A stretch of DNA of 50,009 nt. Source: Chromera velia (taxonomy: Eukaryota). Within the stretch, counting starts at the first letter, position 1; each line of letters begins with the position of its first letter. The translations under genes and the position numbers were made by a program. Positions 43,401 through 50,009 of this stretch are shown piece after piece. Location of the stretch: contig JAHBMJ010000329.1 in NCBI GenBank assembly GCA_018398765.1, positions 1 to 50,009 of the forward strand, in the 5' to 3' direction. The notes beneath the pieces were generated by a model. The model saw only the letters and a program-made list of their open reading frames with translations, had not been told where the DNA came from and made no database searches.

Positions 43401-46400
43401 GGGTAGGCACGGGAGTGCTGGGGAGAATTTACTAAGGCGGAAAGGTAACCGAGTGCAAAACACATAGAGACATATCTAAAAATTATTTAGCCCGTAGCTC
43501 CTTGTCCAATTATGCTTAGTCGCTAGTCTGAAGCCTTTTGGGGAATTGGTGAGGCCCAGTATGGTCAAACTGACACTCAGGAGCTGCTTGCCGGCCTAGG
43601 AGGGGGGGGGGGGTGAATGCATCTCTGCACATTTTCAGTGTCTATCTCCTCCAATCGGGGGCAGAGAAGAAACTAAGAAACAATGAACCGAAAGAGATAG
43701 AGAGAGAAACGCTTCTTAACATAGTCTGTAATGTTCCGCTATACGACCTTCGCATTGTGGCAGGAGACTTCAATTGCCACATAGGAAAGGAGGTCCTTAA
43801 GGGAATTTCATGGGAAAAGGAACAGATCGAGGGGGCGGGTGACTTACAAGAGATCTTAGGGGGTAAGGGGGAAGAAACAATCGAGGGACTGTCTCGCCGC
43901 TCTGCCTGTCGTTCAATCGTAAACGAACCAGGAAGAGCTGCCATTCGCTTTTATAAGAAAGCAAACCTTCTTCTCTTGAATGGCCTGTCTTGGAAAGATA
44001 AAAAGAAAGGGATTGAAGTCAACTTCACAGGGGCTTACACTTATTATGAAGGGGATACCCCAGCTACGGTCATTAATTTGTTTTTGGTTGATCCTCCTCT
44101 TTTTGGTTTATGGAATTCTTTTTGGGTTGAGCTACAGCCTGACACAGCCCCCGAATATGCGGCCGTTTTTCTATCTCTCAACCTCTCATCTCCACCAAAA
44201 TTGAATGACAACTCACCGCCTCACCCTTCCCTCGTCCCATCCCCTTCTTTCACAAAGCCAGGAAGGCAAACGCCGGTCACCAATGATGAGATGATGCCTC
44301 TGGCAACTTCGGTAAAAGATTTAGCAGGGAAGCTTTGGCCTGGGTTGTAGGACGCCAGGATTCAGGAATCAAAAAAAGAAGGCAAGCCTATTCCATCCAT
44401 ACCTTCGCCTCATTCCTAGCCTCCTCCTCCCCCCCTCTTCCCCCCTCCCCTTGTGTCCGCCCCTTCTTTCTACCCCACTACTCAGATATCACCTTCTGCC
44501 TTTCCGTCTTCCACTTCTTCTATCTCTGTGCCACCGAGAAGCTAAATAGCCAGACTCACCCAACAGTGGGAGCATGTACTCGCGCAACCTAAGGAGACAA
44601 AATGAAAGCCAACTCATCCGAGGAAAAGTGAAAGGAAGGAAAAGGCTGTTGCACCTTGGAGGGATCAAGAATGCAAGGAGATTCAGAAGAGAGTTAGATC
44701 TGCAGAAAGAGAATGGAAGGAAGAAAGGGAACTCTGGGGGGATGAAGACGAGCGGTGCATCACAGCAAAGAGAAAGATGAACAGGTTAAACAGAGAGAGG
44801 GGGAAGTTGATAGCAAGAAAAAAGAGAAAGTATACCATTCTTCAGGTAGAGAGACTTGCGGAAGAAGCTGCTAAGGACCCAGTAGCCCTATAGAAATAGA
44901 GGATGGAGAAAAAAAAGGCAGAGAGTGGGAGTGAGGGAGAAAAGCCGTCTGCCTTTTTGTTTTGAAATTTTTGGGCCGATGTGTTCAGTGGGGACGGACT
45001 GGAGCCTCAAAAGAAGGAGGAAATACCAGCTCCCCCCCCGGCACCTTTCTTCTCTTTCGATAAATGTGAGAAGATCCTGAAGGCAATCGACCTAAAGAAG
45101 GCAGCCGGCCTCGAAAGAATCTCCCCTGCGCAGGTACATTTATGCTTTTCCTCTTCTCGTCTGTCTCATTTTCTTCTTTTCATTTTCTTCAATCTTTTTT
45201 TCCTTTTTTCTTTCTAGCCAGAAAAGTGGAACTTCATTCGAATCGCTCCTGTTCTAAAAGGTCACGTCTCTCCCTCTTGTGACGAATGGAGGCCCATACA
45301 CATCGTCTGCCTTCTGGCAAAGTTGTTCGCGTTGTTGATGGATAGCCGTTAAGGGAGACAACGAATATAGATGAACGATGGGTGGATTTCAGGAAGGGGG
45401 TCGGTACATTGTCAAGGGAAGCGATAGCTGCTCTTCATGCTCTCACAGCTTCAGCAAAGAAGAGACACAGACCCCTCCTTGCAGCGTTTGTTGACTTCAG
45501 CAAGGCATTTGACCAAGTACCCAGAAAGAAAATGATTGACAGACTTAGAGAGGAAGGAGTCAGCAAGAAGAACGTGTGCATGATTTATTCCATATATATG
45601 AATGTGTGGGGAAGGGTGGATGGGTCGGATTGGGTCTTTCCCAAAAGTGCAGGGGTAAAACAGGGAGATCCACTTTCTCCTCTTCTTTTTCTTTTGTTTA
45701 TTAATAATATTCATTCTGCTCTGAGTGTTGAAGAGAGGGAAGCTGATAACGGCTTGGATGGGGAATCAGATACGAATAAAAGACAGAGGGGGGGAGAATG
45801 CAGAGAGAGGAGGGAGGAGAGTGAAACAACGGAGCAGCGACCCCGCATCCCTGGGGAGGTAAGATTGGCGGACTTACTGCTTAAGAGCATAGGTTACGCA
45901 GACGATCTTGTTATTTTTGCTCACTCTTCTTCTGACCTGCAGTGGCGTTTGGACCGTTTGGCCTCTTATTGTCAGGAACATGGGTTGAAAGTGAATTTAA
46001 AGAAAACAAAAGTTCTTGCACTCTCAGGCTCAGGAAGGGAAATAGAAGGGGAAATGACTTTTGAAAGGAAGACAGTTGAACGTGTAGAGAGTTATAAATA
46101 CCTTGGGTGTCGTGTGTTTGAGGAAGAGGACCCAAGAAAGTCAGTTAGAGACCGACTTGAAAGTGCTGAACGCTGTTTGGGGGCAGTGATAGGCACTTGT
46201 TTATCCTTAGGTCCTTTGCCCCCTCGATGCAAAGTTTGTTTACTGCAGGCGCTCTAGGAGCCGGTGGCAACGTACTCGCTGGAAGCCTTGCCGGTAAGTC
46301 AGAGAGATATCGTTGCACTTGATGCATTGCAGCTTCGATTTGTGTGCTGGACATTCCGTTTGCCCTATAACTCTTTTAAGGTGCCAACTTTGGTTTCGGT

Positions 46401-47442
46401 TGGTGTACGTCCCATGAGAGAGATCCTTTTTTATCGGTTGGGAGGTTTCATAGAAAGCATAAAAAGAACAGAAAAGGAGGTTCCTCGGGCAGTCTGGGAT
46501 GCATGGTATAGATCACTGACCCCGGTATGGGCTAATTCAGCCAGTAGCATACTTCAGACAATCGTACCAGATCTTTTGAGAAAAGAAAGCCAGAGAAGGA
46601 GAAACGGAACGAATAAATGGACACTCAGGCAGAAAGCGAAGGAAAAGGAAGCCTCAGAATGGTTGTCGGAATTGTTGACTTCAAGACCTGTCGGCGAGTA
46701 TAGGCTCAGCCGTTCATGTGGCATCTATCCATGCAATACCCGACTAAGTAATTTTCAGATAGAGAACCGATCGCACCAGCGTCTGGCCATGTTGCTTTTA
46801 GGGGGGAGGGTTAGAAGGGGGTGAGGTTACACAATTCAATTGTGTACTCTGCCTGGCTCTCTCTTGTCTGGTAGTTCTCTTTTCACTTCTCTCCTTCGAG
46901 CATGTGCTGGTAGGGGAAAGAGACACGGTAGATCCTGCGAAGAACACTGTATTCACTGTCCTGCAATCGAATGCAAAAAGATGATCGACGATGTGGTGCA
47001 TCGATTGTCTGTGTGCGTACGAACAGAGCAGCTTGGATCTAAACTTCACTCGCTGGCAGAGAGAGTGAAAGAGAGAACAGGAATCGGTGAAAGGGTCTGC
47101 AGAGCAAGATGGACTGCTACAGCTGGGGGAAGAGGTATCGGGGAAGAAAAGACATATGTAAGAGAGCTCGTTTCATTCATTGTAGACCGGGAGCCAAAGA
47201 AGGCAACTGCACTGATCGAAGCTTGTTTAAAATAAGTGCACGCACGTACATGCACGTCTTGTGTGGTTGTTCAGCCTTTAGCTTCAGCCTAGGCTGCGGA
47301 GGGTCGTGGTTGTTCATATTCATGCAGAAACAGGCTAAGCAGCGGCGGTTTGCTCCTTTTGTTTACAACTGCATGCATGGGTTGCCATTTGTCTCTGGTT
47401 TCAGAGACTCTAGGCTTAACCACAATTAAGTAAGTAAGTAAG
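43401..47442 (+). mobile_element. Non-LTR retrotransposon (LINE, APE + RT), probably 5'-truncated, decayed
   Basis: APE motifs IVAGDFNCHIG and LLLLNG, RT motifs, a 3' (TAAG)4 tail at 47427-47442, and a candidate TSD GCTGGCAT (43393-43400, 47442-47449). Confidence 0.85.
43613..47235 (+). pseudogene. LINE ORF2 (AP endonuclease, reverse transcriptase, Cys/His-containing C-terminus) with multiple stops and frameshifts
   Basis: Motifs KKAAGLERI, PEKW...WRPIHIV, AFVDFSKAFDQV, GVKQGDPLSPLLF, GYADDLV, YKYLG. ORFs 45382-46257, 46264-46824 and 46840-47235 share one frame broken by stops. Confidence 0.88.
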
Positions 47443-47979
47443 CTGGCATTTGACAAACAATTAGTAGCCCTTAGGATTGTTGTTTGTTAGCGGCCTCGAA
47501 AACCAGGGCGAATTTTTTGAGAAAAATACCTCCCCGGCGTTACCTACTTTTTTATTAGAGTTCCAATCATGTAAAAACACTAAAATCTGTCTGGTACGCT
47601 ATTGGTGCCCACCGAAATCCCCTCTCGGGCGCCTTCAGCGCCCATTGAAATCCGCCGCCAGGCGCCTTCGGTGCCGAAAGTTGCCCTTGTGGGCCTTCGG
47701 CCTACCGAAATCTGCCGAGCCCACCAATCGGAAGTTAGCCACCGCCAGGGAGGTAAAAAAAAATTAGACGCAATTCCTAGCTAGGCCTGCCTAAGGGCCT
47801 AAAAGGGTACAAAGAAAACATATAAAAGTGATAAAGTAAGAAATGAAACATAACATAATATTAGAATTAACTAAACTTTTCTAAAAATGAAGTCAGACTT
47901 TTTTTTGTTATTAATGTTACCATTGAAAAATACATTGAAACTACAATGGGGGTCACTGGGTGGCACTTTCATTTTCGGT

Positions 47980-50009
47980 TTAGACCACAGGCTTCAAAGA
48001 CTCTAGCGCCAGGCTTCGTACTGGTTTGCCAGCCAACCCTTTCGTCGGAAGCCCCCCCAGAATGGTCGTCAAGGCGTCTTCCACAGACGGCATGGGGGCA
48101 CTGGTATGACCCTCTCCCTCCCCCTCCCCCCGCAGTACTGAATCCAGAAGCCTCAGAGAAAGGTCCGCTGCTGTCTTCATCTCCCGAAGCCTGTCTGCCC
48201 CCAACGACGCCGCTAGATTTTCCCCCGAGACAGGGTCCTCTAGGTACATCGCCCCCCCAGACTCAAAAAAACTAGACAATGCGGGGTGGGACGAGGGGAT
48301 CGCCGCGCCTGCACGCACACAGACAGACAGATTGAGGAGCAAGATATTCAAAATTGCCGAGAGAGAATTATGCATCGATCACCCTGAAGATCGATCAAGA
48401 GTTCTTTGTACGTCAAACGTGCAAACACTCTATCTCTCTCTCTCTCTCTCTTTCTCTCTCTCACACACACACACATACACACATTCATACAGACCCCCCC
48501 ACGTACCTACCGACCTTGCCTGACTGACAGTACCCAGCACTGGAACTCAGTCTGCACGAGGAACAGGAGGAACTCAGAGAACAGACGCAACAGGGAGGAC
48601 CCAGACACGGGAGGGCAGTCGAACACAGGCCAACTAATCCCACCACCACGGGGGGGCCTACCACCAGACCCGCCCCCCCCAGTTCTTCTCCTCCTCCCTG
48701 CCCCCGCTGCGCTCACTTCTGCTGCACTGCCCGACGCATCAGCAGCAGCTTCCCCCCCCCCTTCTCTTGACGATGGCCAAGAAGTGAAAAATTCACACTC
48801 AGTTAGCTCGGCCTCCCTCTCCCTCTTTTTTTCCTTTTTGATCTCCTGCACACTTCTTCTTTCCCCCTTTGACAACTCCCCCCTCCTGCCACGCACCACA
48901 CTCACCAAATTACCCTCCCCACTATCTGCACTCCCGGTCCCTCCCCCCCCCTCAGGCTTCGCATTCCCCCTCAAAGAACCCTCGCTTCTCTCTATACCCA
49001 CCGCTCTCTGCAAAGGGGGGAGAATCGGGGACCTCTGCACCTCCATGGAGGAGACGGGGAGAGGTACAGGGTCTTCTTTAGGGTTCCATTCTCTCTCTTT
49101 CTCTTTCTCTTCTTCCTCTCCTGCCCCTGCTGTTCTTGTTCCTCCTGCCTCGGCTATCCCCAACCCCCCACTCCGTGCGAACATCTGGATAAGTTCGGGA
49201 ACCGGACGCGGGCCCCCCGCCGGCTGGAGGAGGAAGAAAATAACCAGGAACGTCCAGGCATACCCACTCAACCCCGCTACGACCGACATCGACCCCCCGG
49301 CTCCTTTTTTCTGATTTACATCAGGAGCACTCGCCTGGCTCGTCCCCCCTTTCTGTGTCTGTACTGCCGGAGGGTTATGGGGCCAGGGACTAAAGAAACC
49401 TCTCTCCTTCGCCCACGCCTTCACAGTAAGGATCAAGGGGGCCACTCTCGAATTCAAGGATAGGTAGGCCATCAAGAGCTGGGCAGCTGTTTTCGGATCA
49501 TTGGCGGTCAAATTAAAGGAATCAAGCTCAAACACCGGGGCCGAGCCTTCACCTTCACCTCCTGCCCTCTGCCACCCCCCTGACTTATTTGCAACTTGGC
49601 TCTGAAGCTGGCTCTGTGCCTGACTCTCACGGAGGGCATCTAGGGGCTTTCCCATCTGTACCGTATAAGCGACCTGTACGGCAATGATCCAAGTGTTGGT
49701 CTGCATATGCACCCTCATCAACGCACGTGTCTTTCGAGTTGACGGAGGGATTTGCTCAAACGACAACACATACCCTACACCTCTCTGTGCCCCCTCCGAG
49801 GGCCCGACGGGTTGACAGCAAACTCTGTTATCACTCTGAGACGAATCTAAAACCCTTTTGGCGACTTTCATCAATTCAGAGTGGAGCAAAGCCCCCACCT
49901 GCAGGTCCCAATCCCCCCCCCCGTATCCCCCCAGGATTTTCTTCGGACCACTTGAACGCATCACCCTCACCCCTGTCGTTAAATTTCCCCGCGAGTTCCC
50001 CGCCCCCGC
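47980..50009 (-). CDS. Terminal nucleotidyltransferase (TUTase / Cid1-Trf4-like non-canonical poly(A) polymerase) family protein, 3' part
   Basis: Exons >50009-48515 and 48308-47980 (phase-1 GT-AG intron). Family motifs QLLMAYLSLNSRVAPLILTVKAWAKERG, GLSGYAWTFLVIFFL, PILPPLQ and PAP-associated LLRLFSEFL...VLSVRQG...MYLEDPVSGENLA. The frame is open to the window edge. Confidence 0.75.

Overview
Intron-rich eukaryotic genomic DNA with GC-rich exons, microsatellite-filled introns and AT-rich intergenic islands. The style suggests a chromerid alveolate such as Chromera velia, which is inference only. From left to right the window holds: (1) the 5' end of a Ty1/copia retrotransposon (- strand) whose gag and protease are in one frame, separated by a single UGA followed by two hairpins (candidate stop-codon readthrough); (2) a 7-exon DNAAF3/PF22 dynein assembly factor gene (+); (3) an intronless, frameshifted SET-MYND gene (-); (4) a full-length but decayed Ty3/gypsy element (11852-18205, -) with 275-bp LTRs, 5-bp TSD, a G GGA AAC slippery site plus pseudoknot and a chromodomain-like tail, apparently nested in an older inverted-repeat element; (5) about 7 kb of simple-repeat-rich DNA with a 27-N gap; (6) a 10-exon gene for an orphan disordered/coiled-coil protein of about 4,000 aa (-), with one splice acceptor inside a 4x46-bp tandem repeat; (7) a decayed APE-RT LINE (+) with a (TAAG)n tail; (8) the 3' part of a TUTase/non-canonical poly(A) polymerase-like gene (-). 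All gene models were built by hand from GT-AG sites and frame continuity. No database searches were run.
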